From NCBI GenBank assembly GCA_044226015.1, contig JBGAHS010000004.1, positions 544,001 through 608,000 on the forward strand: a stretch of DNA of 64,000 nucleotides. Reading direction: 5' to 3'. A program made the position numbers and the translations under genes. The stretch is from Candidatus Obscuribacteraceae bacterium. GTDB lineage: Bacteria > Cyanobacteriota > Vampirovibrionia > Obscuribacterales > Obscuribacteraceae. Shown in pieces: positions 51,081-61,185 of this stretch. A model generated the notes under the pieces. That model did no database searches, was not told the origin of the DNA, and was given only the letters and a program-made list of their open reading frames with translations. Position 1 is the stretch's first letter. The number at the start of each line of letters is the position of its first letter.

Positions 51081-53717
51081 ATGTCACTTTCCGGAGCGGA
51101 AATCCGCCAGCGATTCATTTCTTATTTCAAGGACCAGCGCGACCACTTGCATCTGCCAAGCGCGAGTTTGATCCCTGACAATCCAACATTGCTGCTGACA
51201 TCAGCGGGAATGGTGCCTTTCGTCCCTTATTTTCTCGGACAGGCACCGCCTCCTAAGACAAGAATCGTTACGTGTCAAAAATCTGCCAGAGCCGGTGGAA
51301 AAGACTCTGATATCGAAAATATCGGACGTACCGCTCGACACCACAGTTTCTTCGAAATGCTGGGTAACTTCAGCTTTGGTGACTATTTCAAGAAAGAAAT
51401 AATTCCCTGGTCTTTTGAGTTTTCAACAAAAGAGTTGGGGCTTGATGCTGAGCGCATCACTGTGACAATTTTTGAAGGCGACAATACCGTTCCCGCTGAT
51501 GAAGAAGCGTTTTTGATCTGGCGTGACAAAGTTGGAATTCCTGAGGCGCGTATCAAACGTATGTCTCGGAAAGACAATTTTTGGGGACCTCCTGGACCTA
51601 CAGGTCCTTGTGGACCGTGCTCAGAGTTGTATTACGACCGCGGACCAGATGTTAAAGATCTTGCTGCTGCAGAAGCAAATGATGACAGGTTCCTTGAGTT
51701 CTGGAATCTCGTCTTCATGGAATTGTTCAAAGACGAAAATGCGCTATACACTCCCTTAGCCGCTAAAAACGTTGACACTGGCGCTGGGCTAGACCGCATC
51801 GCGATGCTTTTGCAAAAGACAAACAATACTTTCGAAACAGATTTGCTTTTCCCCATTCTACAAGAAGTAAGCAAACTATCTGGTGTCAAATATGGTACCA
51901 GCCCAGAGTCTGATGTTTATTTGAAGATCGTAACTGACCACGCACGTGCTGTTAGTTTCCTGGTCACCGATGGAGTCAGAACTAGCAACATAGGAAGAGG
52001 TTATGTTCTTCGATTTATCATCAGAAGAGCGGCTCGCTTCGGGCGCTTGCTCGGGCTTGAGAAGCCCTTTATCTACAAGCTTCTGGACAAAGTAATTGAG
52101 ATTTATGGTGGGCACTATCCTGAGCTCAAGCAGCAAGCTGAACTAACACAAGATGCCATTCGCAAAGAGGAAGATCGTTTTGCTCTTACCATTGATCGCG
52201 GCATGGGTTATCTCAATGAGATTCTTGAGCGTCCTGAAAAAGAGATTCCGGGTGATGATGCTTTCAAGTTGTACGCCACCTTCGGATTTCCTCTCGAGCT
52301 CAGCACAGAAATCGCGCTAGAAAAAGGCAAAACTATTGACACTGAAGGCTTCGCCAGAGCCAGAGAAGAGCATGAAAAAGTTTCATCAGTAAACAAATTC
52401 AATGTGATTCTCACTGGAGAAGAAGCGTTAGGTGAGATTCTGAAGAAGCACGGCGCTACGTCCTTTACTGGTCATGAGAAACTGGAAGATGACGCAACCG
52501 TCCTTGCTCTTGTAGGCAAGGGCAAATTGATTCAGCATGCAGAAGAGGGGCAAGAACTCGAAGTTGTACTCGACCACACTCCTTTCTACGCAGAGTCGGG
52601 TGGTCAGCTCGGAGACCACGGGCTGCTTTCTAATAATGATTCGAGAATGGAAGTTCTCGACACTAAGAAGCACGAAGGGCTGGTAGTGCATCGCGTAAAA
52701 TTCCTGTCTGGTGCTCTTGAGCCAGGCGAGACTTTGCATGCCAGTGTGGATAAGGACCGTCGTGAAGCCACAGTGCTTCACCACAGCACTGCACACTTGT
52801 TCCATGCTGCTGCCAGAAAGCTGTTGGGCAAGCAGGTTCAACAAGCTGGTTCGCAAGTCGGACCTGAATCTATGCGCTTCGACTTTAGTTTCGAAAGGCA
52901 GCTGAAGCCTGCAGAACTTGCAGCTGTAGAGGAATTGATGAATGAGTGGGTTCGCATGAACCTGCCCGTCCAATGCAAGGAAATGTCGCTTGCTGACGCA
53001 AAGCAAACTGGTGCAATCGCCATGTTCGGTGAAAAATACGGTGACGTTGTACGAGTCATTTCGATGGGCGATGTCAGTCTGGAGTTCTGCGGTGGAACTC
53101 ACGTTTCAAACACGGGGCAGATTGGTCCTATCAAAATAGTTTCTGAAGGAAGCATTGCCTCTGGTGTTAGACGTATTGAGGCATTTTCCGGACCGCGTGC
53201 CTGGCATTACATTACTGATCAAATGAATATTCTCAGTAGTGCAGCCAGCCGCTTGAAGATAAAGCCAGAGGATTTGCTGTCGCAGATTGAGCGTTTGCAA
53301 GATCAAGTTAAAGCGAAGGAAAAAGCAGCGCAAGAACTCGAGCAAAAGCTGGCTTTTGCACAGGCCCCAACACTGTTGGAGCGAGCCGAAGCTCTAGGCG
53401 ACACTCGCCTGGTACTGGGCACATTAAAAGATGTCAGCGCAGATGCTTTAAAGAGTCTGGCAGACCATCTGCGCAAGCAGGGAAATGATCTTGTGGTCGT
53501 GCTCGGTTCTGTTCAGGGTCCGGACAAGGTCGCGCTGTCTGCTGGTGTCTCAGATGCTCTCACCAAGAAGGGTGTCAATGCAGGCAAATTGATAAAAGAC
53601 GTTGCTATCGCATGTGGTGGCAGTGGTGGTGGTAAGCCTGAACTTGCACAAGCAGGTGGAAAAGATCCCTCCAAGCTCGATGCGGCGCTCGCATCTGTGC
53701 GCTCTCAAATAAAATGA
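51081..53717 (+). CDS. alaS: Alanine--tRNA ligase
   Basis: AGMVPF, HHSFFEMLGNFSFGDYFK, GPCGPCSE, HHSTAHL editing motif, EFCGGTH, GGGKPELAQAGG. Confidence 0.98.
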   Translation: MSLSGAEIRQRFISYFKDQRDHLHLPSASLIPDNPTLLLTSAGMVPFVPYFLGQAPPPKTRIVTCQKSARAGGKDSDIENIGRTARHHSFFEMLGNFSFGDYFKKEIIPWSFEFSTKELGLDAERITVTIFEGDNTVPADEEAFLIWRDKVGIPEARIKRMSRKDNFWGPPGPTGPCGPCSELYYDRGPDVKDLAAAEANDDRFLEFWNLVFMELFKDENALYTPLAAKNVDTGAGLDRIAMLLQKTNNTFETDLLFPILQEVSKLSGVKYGTSPESDVYLKIVTDHARAVSFLVTDGVRTSNIGRGYVLRFIIRRAARFGRLLGLEKPFIYKLLDKVIEIYGGHYPELKQQAELTQDAIRKEEDRFALTIDRGMGYLNEILERPEKEIPGDDAFKLYATFGFPLELSTEIALEKGKTIDTEGFARAREEHEKVSSVNKFNVILTGEEALGEILKKHGATSFTGHEKLEDDATVLALVGKGKLIQHAEEGQELEVVLDHTPFYAESGGQLGDHGLLSNNDSRMEVLDTKKHEGLVVHRVKFLSGALEPGETLHASVDKDRREATVLHHSTAHLFHAAARKLLGKQVQQAGSQVGPESMRFDFSFERQLKPAELAAVEELMNEWVRMNLPVQCKEMSLADAKQTGAIAMFGEKYGDVVRVISMGDVSLEFCGGTHVSNTGQIGPIKIVSEGSIASGVRRIEAFSGPRAWHYITDQMNILSSAASRLKIKPEDLLSQIERLQDQVKAKEKAAQELEQKLAFAQAPTLLERAEALGDTRLVLGTLKDVSADALKSLADHLRKQGNDLVVVLGSVQGPDKVALSAGVSDALTKKGVNAGKLIKDVAIACGGSGGGKPELAQAGGKDPSKLDAALASVRSQIK

Positions 53718-53758
53718 GCTAAACACCCAAGCGCGGATTTAGCTGATGTGAAAAAATG

Positions 53759-53796
53759 ATAGTCGTTCTCTGCGTAAGAGAGCGACTATTTGTTTG
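53759..53796 (+). terminator. Terminator after alaS
   Basis: ATAGTCGTTCTCT-GCGTA-AGAGAGCGACTAT followed by TTGTTT. Confidence 0.7.
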
Positions 53797-53900
53797 CAGC
53801 CGTTAGCTTAGATGAGAAAGCACAAATATTGTCCTCTTCATTTCCTAATTTCGAAAAATGTAGCGTAGGGCCTGAGGACGTGCCGATAGAGGGGGGAAAC

Positions 53901-54866
53901 TTGCGAGTTCAAATTACTAACACAAAATCCGGAATCAGCTTCCTGAGTTCGAGTCTGAGTCCGCGTTCAATTCCAAAGCTATTGTTAGGGCTTGCTTTCA
54001 TCTACAACTTGGCGACAGCGGCTTTCGCTGAAGTGCCTGCCGTGCGCATAGCTGTAGTGCCAGGCGGGGGCAGCGGGATGGAACAGGAGGTCGTTGATAG
54101 AATCTCGGCCGATCTCCAAACAAATTCAAAGGCGAAGGTCAGTACTGTAAACCCTGACTGGTTTGTACAGTGCAACATTTTTGACCGCACGGATACTCCA
54201 GGTGCGAGTGTTCGCGTAAATGGCACCGTGGTTATCAAAACGCCTGATGGTCATATTCTGAATACAGTTTCCATGCAAACGAACAAACAGGACTTTTCCC
54301 TTTCTCCGGGTATGCCGGTTAACAAAGCCCTGGCTAATAAAGGTGTTGCCGAGGTAATCAACGGATTGGTTGATCGTGTCAGGCAGCCGCTTGCTGAAGC
54401 TATAGATATTGAGATTGACACACGCGAAAAATTGGTAACTGCGCAAACGCTTGCTGACGAGGACAAGTTTCAAGAAGCAATTCAAAAGCTTACGACCGTA
54501 ACTCAAGACAGCCCGCATTTTTCCGGTGCAAGAAAGCTGCTCGAGATTTTTCAGATGGAACAAGACGCATTAGAACTCGTCAATCAGGCGAAGGCGCTTG
54601 CTGCTAAAGGACAATACTCACAGGCGATAACAGCACTTAAAGGAGTTGACTCTAAATCGAGAAGGCATTCACTTGCCCTCGCCTTGATTTCCAAATACAA
54701 GGCGGCCACGCTTCGTCGTGCACCGGCTCGCCCGGCTGCAGTAAAGAAAAGCTCGGGCACTGCCGAGCTTGATGCTCAACTGAAAGCGCTTGAAGCCCAG
54801 AAGAAGGCGCTCGATGCTCAGAAGCGCGCAGTGGAAGCTCAAGAACATGCAATCCAGAAAAAATAA
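53901..54866 (+). CDS. Secreted hypothetical protein with TPR-like and coiled-coil C-terminus
   Basis: Signal-like segment ending AFA-E, RIAVVP domain, two TPR-like units; start uncertain. Confidence 0.6.
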   Translation: MRVQITNTKSGISFLSSSLSPRSIPKLLLGLAFIYNLATAAFAEVPAVRIAVVPGGGSGMEQEVVDRISADLQTNSKAKVSTVNPDWFVQCNIFDRTDTPGASVRVNGTVVIKTPDGHILNTVSMQTNKQDFSLSPGMPVNKALANKGVAEVINGLVDRVRQPLAEAIDIEIDTREKLVTAQTLADEDKFQEAIQKLTTVTQDSPHFSGARKLLEIFQMEQDALELVNQAKALAAKGQYSQAITALKGVDSKSRRHSLALALISKYKAATLRRAPARPAAVKKSSGTAELDAQLKALEAQKKALDAQKRAVEAQEHAIQKK

Positions 54867-55087
54867 GGAGATGAAGGCTCTGTGCTAGAGCTTTAAATGA
54901 ATTAATCGTGCTTTTGAATGCTGCAAATGCCTTATCTGTGGGCTTTGCTTGCGAAGCACGGAGAATAAGCAAAAAAATCTCAGGAGCATTTTGCAACTTA
55001 GATCTACCATTAGGCGGTCAGTTGCGGCTCTTGGACTATACGACAGATATGAGATCGCAATACTGAAAACAAAGAGGGAGATGAACG

Positions 55088-56125
55088 ATGAGAATGCGCC
55101 AGATAGGCTCTCTGTGTATGACACTGTCCCTGGTGGCAATGTCGCAATGCCAGACACCCGCGCATGCAGATGCAAAAAGACGCATCGCTGTTTTGCCATT
55201 TGAGTATGGCTCTGTCAGCCAATATGTCGGAACCTATGACGTAGGCAAAGGCGTTACCGAGCTTATGATCAACAAGTTGGTGAGCGACGGCACTTATAGG
55301 GTAGTCGACCGCCAGATGCTCGACCAGATTTTGAAAGAGCAAAACCTTTCTGTCAGTGATCGTGCTGACCCTCAGACAGCAATTAAAATCGGTAAGATTC
55401 TCGCTTGCGATGCCATGGTTGTTGGAACTGTCACAAATTTCGGTTTTGAATCTAAGTCAGTCAGTGTTGGCGCTGTCCCGAGTATCGCCAGCAGTTATAT
55501 TCCGTTTGGTGGCGGTCTTGGTGCCTTGAGTGGACTCGGAAGCAAGAAGAGCAAAGTGAAAGTTTCAATCAGTGCGAGAATCATTGACACTGCAACCGGC
55601 GAAATTCTAGGAGTTGCTGAAGGTCAGGGTATGTCAAGCCGCGGTGGCACCTCGCTCGGCGTAGTTGATGTATCAAGTACAGATTTCGCATCCAGTATCG
55701 CAGGTGAAGCTACGTATCAGGCTGTGAATCAGCTTGCTACCACCATAAACACCTTGTCCACAAAAATTCCAGATAACCAATCAATCGCTAATAAAGATGT
55801 TCAAGGCAAGATTGCTGATGTAAGCGGCAACACCGTCATCGTCAATGTTGGCAAAATCAACGGTCTTTCTGCTGGCGATAGCTTGCAGGTAGAGCGTGTG
55901 ACAAAAACCATCAAGGATCCAGTTAGTGGTGCAGTACTCAAAGAAGTTACTGGAACTATCGCAGTAATCAAACTTTCCTCAGTTGAATCAAACAATTCAA
56001 CCGGTGAAATCGTTAAATCGACAGGCAACGTTTCTGTCGGAGACAACGTAAAGAAAGTGACCACAGATGTGTCAGCAATCGTGTTGACTCCGCTGGGTTC
56101 TGCTAGCGCTACAAAGAAGCAATAA
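55088..56125 (+). CDS. CsgG/HfaB family protein with FlgT-C-like C-terminal domain
   Basis: RIAVLPF, YRVVDR..LDQILKEQ, KIGKIL..D..VVGTVT, ARIIDTATGEIL; VIVNVG..GL..GD..IKDPVSG. Confidence 0.85.
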   Translation: MRMRQIGSLCMTLSLVAMSQCQTPAHADAKRRIAVLPFEYGSVSQYVGTYDVGKGVTELMINKLVSDGTYRVVDRQMLDQILKEQNLSVSDRADPQTAIKIGKILACDAMVVGTVTNFGFESKSVSVGAVPSIASSYIPFGGGLGALSGLGSKKSKVKVSISARIIDTATGEILGVAEGQGMSSRGGTSLGVVDVSSTDFASSIAGEATYQAVNQLATTINTLSTKIPDNQSIANKDVQGKIADVSGNTVIVNVGKINGLSAGDSLQVERVTKTIKDPVSGAVLKEVTGTIAVIKLSSVESNNSTGEIVKSTGNVSVGDNVKKVTTDVSAIVLTPLGSASATKKQ

Positions 56126-56146
56126 GAAGAGAGCGTTAACGAAATA

Positions 56147-56608
56147 ATGATTCGAAAAGAAGTGAAAAAAATTGCTACGGCGATGGTCCTTATAACGGCT
56201 GTCGCCGCTTCTTTTTCTATGGTTGAAGCGAAAACCAAGATTGATTGGGATAAGAAGCTAGCCAAAGGATATCGTGATCTGGAAATTGGTGAATATGATC
56301 GCGCCTTGCAGTTTTTTACTGACGAGGTCGATCACCACCCAGATGCTGGCGCTGCCCGCACAGGCTTGGGCATGGCCCTCAAAAGAAAGGGCAAGTCGGG
56401 TGAAGCCATCGCTGCGATAAGACGAGCGACAGAAGTAGAACCGGATTATGCAGAAGCGCACTATGAGCTAGGCGCATTGCTTGAATCCAACAAAGATTAC
56501 GCAGAAGCTTGCAAGTGTTTTGAAAGATATTTGCAGCTTGCTCCTATATCAAGCAAGAAAGCATCTGTGGAAGACAGAATTCGCAACTGCAAACAAAACA
56601 TGCCATAG
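56147..56608 (+). CDS. Secreted TPR protein
   Basis: Signal peptide; EPDYAEAHYELG, FERYLQLAP. Confidence 0.85.
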   Translation: MIRKEVKKIATAMVLITAVAASFSMVEAKTKIDWDKKLAKGYRDLEIGEYDRALQFFTDEVDHHPDAGAARTGLGMALKRKGKSGEAIAAIRRATEVEPDYAEAHYELGALLESNKDYAEACKCFERYLQLAPISSKKASVEDRIRNCKQNMP

Positions 56609-56655
56609 CGAATTCTTAGACCGCTCGGAAACCGTACGACTAAGTGAGGATCAAA

Positions 56656-57639
56656 ATGGATCAGCCGAAACAGCCAAAACAACAGGCATTCTTCGAAGGC
56701 AAATTCGTTCCTTTAGAAGATGCGAAGATAAGCATTATGACCTCCGGGTTCCTCTACGGAACTGCTGTTTTCGAAGGGCTTCGCGCATATTGGAATGAGC
56801 GCGAAGAAGAAATCTACATCTTCCGTCTGCGTGAACACTACGAGCGAATGATGGATAGCATCAAGATCATGCACATGTCATTGAAGTACAGTGTTGATGA
56901 GTTGTGCAAAATAACAGTTGAACTCGCTCGGCGTAACGCTCCTACCGGGGACACTTACATTCGTCCAACGGTGTACAAGTCTGCTTGCAGAATTGGTCCA
57001 AGTTTGGAAAATTCGCCGACGGAATTTTGCATGTTCACAATTCCATTTGGCGATTATTTTCATGGCGCAGAGGGCTTGAATGTACAAATTTCCAGCTGGC
57101 GCCGTGTGGAAGACAATGCCATTCCTGCAAGAGCTAAGATCGTTGGCTCATATGCCAACACAGCCTTAGCTAAGACTGACGCGTTAACTGCAGGCTTCGA
57201 TGAGTGTATTGTTCTGTCAGAGAACGGCCACGTCTCTGAGGGCAGCGCTATGAACGTGTTCATGATTAAACGTGGAAAGCTCATAACCACACCAATTACA
57301 GAGAACATTCTAGAAGGCATTACACGTCACACAGTTATTGAAATGGCTGAGCAAGAACTCGGACTAAAAACAGAATGTCGTCAAATCGACAGAAGCGAAC
57401 TTTATACAGCTGATGAAATGTTCTTCTGTGGAACGGGCGCGCAAATTGCGCCAATCGCTACAATCGACAAGCGCATTGTCGGAGCTGGTGGAGTTGGTCC
57501 TATTTCCGACAAAATTCGTACTCTTTATACGCAAATTTGTCGTGGTGAAGTTCCGAAATACCATAAATGGCTTACGCCTGTTTATAAGAAAAACGAGACA
57601 AATTTTGCTCAGGGTAAAACCTCAAATTCTTTGAGATAA
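56656..57639 (+). CDS. ilvE: Branched-chain amino acid aminotransferase
   Basis: YGTAVFEGLRAY, YIRP, AKIVGSY, VSEGSAMN, ILEGITR, DEMFFCGTGAQI. Confidence 0.95.
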   Translation: MDQPKQPKQQAFFEGKFVPLEDAKISIMTSGFLYGTAVFEGLRAYWNEREEEIYIFRLREHYERMMDSIKIMHMSLKYSVDELCKITVELARRNAPTGDTYIRPTVYKSACRIGPSLENSPTEFCMFTIPFGDYFHGAEGLNVQISSWRRVEDNAIPARAKIVGSYANTALAKTDALTAGFDECIVLSENGHVSEGSAMNVFMIKRGKLITTPITENILEGITRHTVIEMAEQELGLKTECRQIDRSELYTADEMFFCGTGAQIAPIATIDKRIVGAGGVGPISDKIRTLYTQICRGEVPKYHKWLTPVYKKNETNFAQGKTSNSLR

Positions 57640-57716
57640 GTCTGGCTATTTTTTGTTCTAAATTGGAATAAAGATCAGTAGAAGGAAACAGAAACTGGTT
57701 AAGAGCAACTAAATGA

Positions 57717-57749
57717 GTTAGCCCCGGCCATGTGCTGGGGCTAACTTTT
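57717..57749 (+). terminator. Terminator after ilvE
   Basis: GTTAGCCCCGGC-CATGT-GCTGGGGCTAAC followed by TTTT. Confidence 0.75.
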
Positions 57750-57759
57750 ACAAGGGAAT

Positions 57760-58479
57760 ATGAGCAAAATACATTCGGCAATTTTATGTCTTCTTGTCTG
57801 CGCGCAAGCTTCTATGGCACAGGCGGATGTTAACTCTCAAGAACAGTGGCTTCGGTATTCGAATTGGGAGCATCGCAGCTCGCGTCCCCGCCCTAGCCAG
57901 GATAAGGCTAAGTCAGGCGCGGCTTCGGCAGCTGTGAAGGCTGAAACTGGCAAAAGCAAAGATGTGCTGACGCCGCTGCCCGAAAATCCTGGGTTTGAAA
58001 CCGTCCAGGGTGGGCAATTTACGATTCCCGGATGGGCTCTAAATTCGTCTGCGGAGCCTGCTGATGCTGGTCACATTGATGTTTATCCGGGTCAAGCGGT
58101 ATTTCCTGGTTCGTTCGGAACCCTTGGCTATGGAGGAGTTTCTGCGGGTGGGTCTGCTTTTGCTGGCTCATCCAGTCCATTTGCTTATGGAATGTCTTCC
58201 AGTCGAATACCCTTTGTGGGGGGGCTTTTAGGAGGTATGCTCGCTGGGTCCAGCGGGACCTACCGACCATGGTCACGACAGAGCCCGCTGGGAGCTGGCA
58301 TAATGCAAATTCAAACCAGGCCCAGTCCGGCTTCTGGGAATTATTACCAGCCAAGTTCGGCAGACTCCTCTGCGTCTGGAAACTATTACTCCAGCGGAAC
58401 TCCCTGGCAAATTCCTATCAGTGGTCCTGTGAGCAGCCCCAAAGACTATTGGGGACCCATGGGAAGTCCGTTCAAGTAG
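57760..58479 (+). CDS. Secreted Gly/Ser-rich low-complexity protein
   Basis: Signal peptide; G/S/aromatic-rich region; ASGNYY occurs twice. Confidence 0.6.
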   Translation: MSKIHSAILCLLVCAQASMAQADVNSQEQWLRYSNWEHRSSRPRPSQDKAKSGAASAAVKAETGKSKDVLTPLPENPGFETVQGGQFTIPGWALNSSAEPADAGHIDVYPGQAVFPGSFGTLGYGGVSAGGSAFAGSSSPFAYGMSSSRIPFVGGLLGGMLAGSSGTYRPWSRQSPLGAGIMQIQTRPSPASGNYYQPSSADSSASGNYYSSGTPWQIPISGPVSSPKDYWGPMGSPFK

Positions 58480-58517
58480 AAGCGCTATTTATTATCAATG
58501 CAGTTCTTAACGCTGTC

Positions 58518-58546
58518 TTGGAAGATGTCTTGCCGAAATGTATAAT
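58518..58546 (+). promoter_or_regulatory. Sigma70-type promoter upstream of rel
   Basis: TTGGAA-N17-TATAAT. Confidence 0.5.
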
Positions 58547-58650
58547 CTTCATTAAACTACGGAAACGCCGATTTTTTTACCCTTCAGGGGGCAAACTCGC
58601 ATTTGCAATGTAGGCATCGCGTTTCAGTCGGCATAATTGGCTGGAAGACC

Positions 58651-61185
58651 ATGACAGACGCGGAGCGGCCGAATACACCAAAGAGAAAAAGATCGGAGCA
58701 GAACCCTGCGCCGACTCAGCAAAGCCGCGAAGATTCCGAAGCATTTAATAAAACCGATAGCATTCCACCTATCGTGCCCGCCGCCGATTCTCATCCCAAA
58801 GACGCTAACAGCGAGCTTCATCCGCCGGAAACGGCTGGAAAGCCTGTCGAAATCGAAATCCAGAAGACAGGTCAGGCTGTGGCGGTTAGCAAATCTGACA
58901 GCAAAGCAGAGCCAGAGACTGTCAAACCAGTAAATCCAAATTACACAATGGAGGCCATCGGCAAGCCTCTTTTAGAAGTTTTGGAAAAGTACGAACGAAG
59001 TCCTGAAGACATCGACAAAATCCGCAAAGCATACGAATTTGCATTTAAGAGCCACAACGGGCAGGTGCGAAAATCTGACGAGCCCTACATCATCCATCCT
59101 GTGTCTGTGGCGATCGCGCTGTCTCATCTCAACGCAGATGTCGATACTATTTGTTCTGGACTTCTTCACGACGTAATTGAAGATTGTGATGTGAAGGGTG
59201 CTGAAATTGAAGGGCGCTTCGGTTCAGATGTTCGCAAAATTGTTGAAGGCGTCACCAAGCTTGGAAAATTCAGTTTCAGTTCTAAGGAAGAGCGTCAAGC
59301 CGAAAACTTTCGCAAGCTCTTAGTTGCCATTGCCGAAGATGTCAGAGTTGTGCTCGTAAAGCTTGCAGACAGGCTGCACAACATGCAGACGCTCGATTAT
59401 ATGAAAGCTACCAAGCAAGCTGAAATCGCGCAAGAGACGATCGAAATTTATGCTCCACTTGCAAATCGCTTTGGTTTGGGTCGCTTTAAGTGGGAGCTTG
59501 AAGATCTCAGCTTGAAGTATCTCTACCCGGAGGAGTATCAGAGCCTTGAAGCACTAGTTGCAGATAGCAGGCAAGAGCGCGAGGCTTACGTAAATGACGT
59601 TGTCGATCGCTTGAAGAAAGAGCTCACTGCAAGAAATATTCAAGCTGAAGTTAGTGGAAGACCCAAGCATTTGTTTGGCATCTGGAAGAAGATGAAGAAA
59701 CAAAGCAAGGCTTTTGAAGAGCTTTATGATGTGCTTGCGATTCGAGTAATCATTGAAAGCGAAGAAGACAAAAACTATTGTGAGTTGAGTTCAGACCCTG
59801 ATACTCAAAAGTGTTATGAAGTAATTGGTGTAGTTCATTCGCTTTTCCGTCCAATTCCAGGGCGATTCAAAGACTATATCGCCATGCCTAAGCCAAACAG
59901 TTATCAGTCTTTGCACACTGCGGTAATGGGGCTGAGCGGCCGTCCTGTCGAGATACAGATCAGAACTCGCAGAATGCATTTTGTCGCCGAGTATGGGATC
60001 GCGGCCCATTGGCGTTACAAGGAATCTGGTTCTGTGGTGGCAGATTCGCAAGTCGATAAAAAACTTGCGTGGTTGAGGCAATTGGTCGAGTGGCAGCAGG
60101 ACCTTAAAGACGCTCAAGAGTATATGGACACAGTGAAGATGGACCTCTTCACTGATGAGGTCTTCGTCTTCAGTCCTCGCGGCGATGTTTTTGATCTTCC
60201 AAAAGGATCCACTCCTATAGATTTTGCTTACCGCGTTCATACTGAGGTAGGAAATCACGTCACTGGTGCTCGCATAAATGACCGCATGGTGCCTCTTGCT
60301 ACGCCAATGCGTAATGGTGACATTGTCGAAATCATAACAAGTAAGAGTGCGCACCCTCGAATGGATTGGCTAAACATTGCCATCACCCATAGTGCCAAGA
60401 GCAGAATCAGGCAGTGGTTCAAGAAGCATCATCGTGATGAGCACATTCAGCAAGGCCGGCAAATGCTGGAATCTGAATTGGGCAAATCTGCGCTTGATGA
60501 ATTATTGCGTTCTGAAAAATTCAAAGACATTGGAAAACGGTTGAATGTAAGTGAGCCTGAAGACTTCCTGGCAGCGCTCGGTTATGGTGACCTGTCGTTA
60601 TCGCAGGTACTCAATCGAGTTCGTGAGCAAGAGCAAGTTGACAAAGCGACGAAGAAAGATCCTAACGCTATTCCGTCCTACGATACGCCGAAGCCATCTA
60701 AGAGTAACGTATCCAGTTTAAGTGGTCTGATGCACCATCTGGCGAAGTGCTGCAATCCGGTTCCGGGTGAAATGATTGGTGGCGCAGTTGGTGCCGGCAG
60801 CGGCATAACGGTTCATCGCAACGATTGTGCAAATCTCTTGCGTGTGGATGAAGGTCGCCGCATGGAGCTGAGCTGGGGCGCTTCAGAAGCAGGTAGCTAC
60901 CCAACCTATTTGCTCGTCGAGTGTATCGATCGCGTGGGCATTGCAAAGGATATCATCGGTAAAGTTTCCGATAACAAAATCAATCTTAGCGATTTGAGAG
61001 TGGAAACTCATCCGCAGAAAAAAACTGCTACTATTCATCTGATTTTGGACGTCAAAGATATTCAGCAGCTTGAGGACATTTCCAAAAAGATTGAAGCAAT
61101 TTCTGATGTACTAAGGGTACAAAGGCAAAGGCATGGGCAGAGTAAGCCGCCCAGCAACAGGAGAACGAAGAAGAAGGCTGATTGA
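58651..61185 (+). CDS. rel: Bifunctional (p)ppGpp synthetase/hydrolase (Rel/SpoT)
   Basis: H.GQ.RKS.EPYIIHP, LLHDVIED, RFKDYIA.PK.NSYQSLHT, TGS domain (TPIDFAY), ZFD (AKCCNP) and ACT domain. Confidence 0.95.
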   Translation: MTDAERPNTPKRKRSEQNPAPTQQSREDSEAFNKTDSIPPIVPAADSHPKDANSELHPPETAGKPVEIEIQKTGQAVAVSKSDSKAEPETVKPVNPNYTMEAIGKPLLEVLEKYERSPEDIDKIRKAYEFAFKSHNGQVRKSDEPYIIHPVSVAIALSHLNADVDTICSGLLHDVIEDCDVKGAEIEGRFGSDVRKIVEGVTKLGKFSFSSKEERQAENFRKLLVAIAEDVRVVLVKLADRLHNMQTLDYMKATKQAEIAQETIEIYAPLANRFGLGRFKWELEDLSLKYLYPEEYQSLEALVADSRQEREAYVNDVVDRLKKELTARNIQAEVSGRPKHLFGIWKKMKKQSKAFEELYDVLAIRVIIESEEDKNYCELSSDPDTQKCYEVIGVVHSLFRPIPGRFKDYIAMPKPNSYQSLHTAVMGLSGRPVEIQIRTRRMHFVAEYGIAAHWRYKESGSVVADSQVDKKLAWLRQLVEWQQDLKDAQEYMDTVKMDLFTDEVFVFSPRGDVFDLPKGSTPIDFAYRVHTEVGNHVTGARINDRMVPLATPMRNGDIVEIITSKSAHPRMDWLNIAITHSAKSRIRQWFKKHHRDEHIQQGRQMLESELGKSALDELLRSEKFKDIGKRLNVSEPEDFLAALGYGDLSLSQVLNRVREQEQVDKATKKDPNAIPSYDTPKPSKSNVSSLSGLMHHLAKCCNPVPGEMIGGAVGAGSGITVHRNDCANLLRVDEGRRMELSWGASEAGSYPTYLLVECIDRVGIAKDIIGKVSDNKINLSDLRVETHPQKKTATIHLILDVKDIQQLEDISKKIEAISDVLRVQRQRHGQSKPPSNRRTKKKAD

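Noticed and set aside
14084..57759. Shared GGG(A/T)A(A/T) alternative-sigma promoter motif upstream of several genes (14084, 19387, 24351, 57754)
   Set aside because: Too short, spacing to start codons is inconsistent, and some instances are better explained as Shine-Dalgarno sequences
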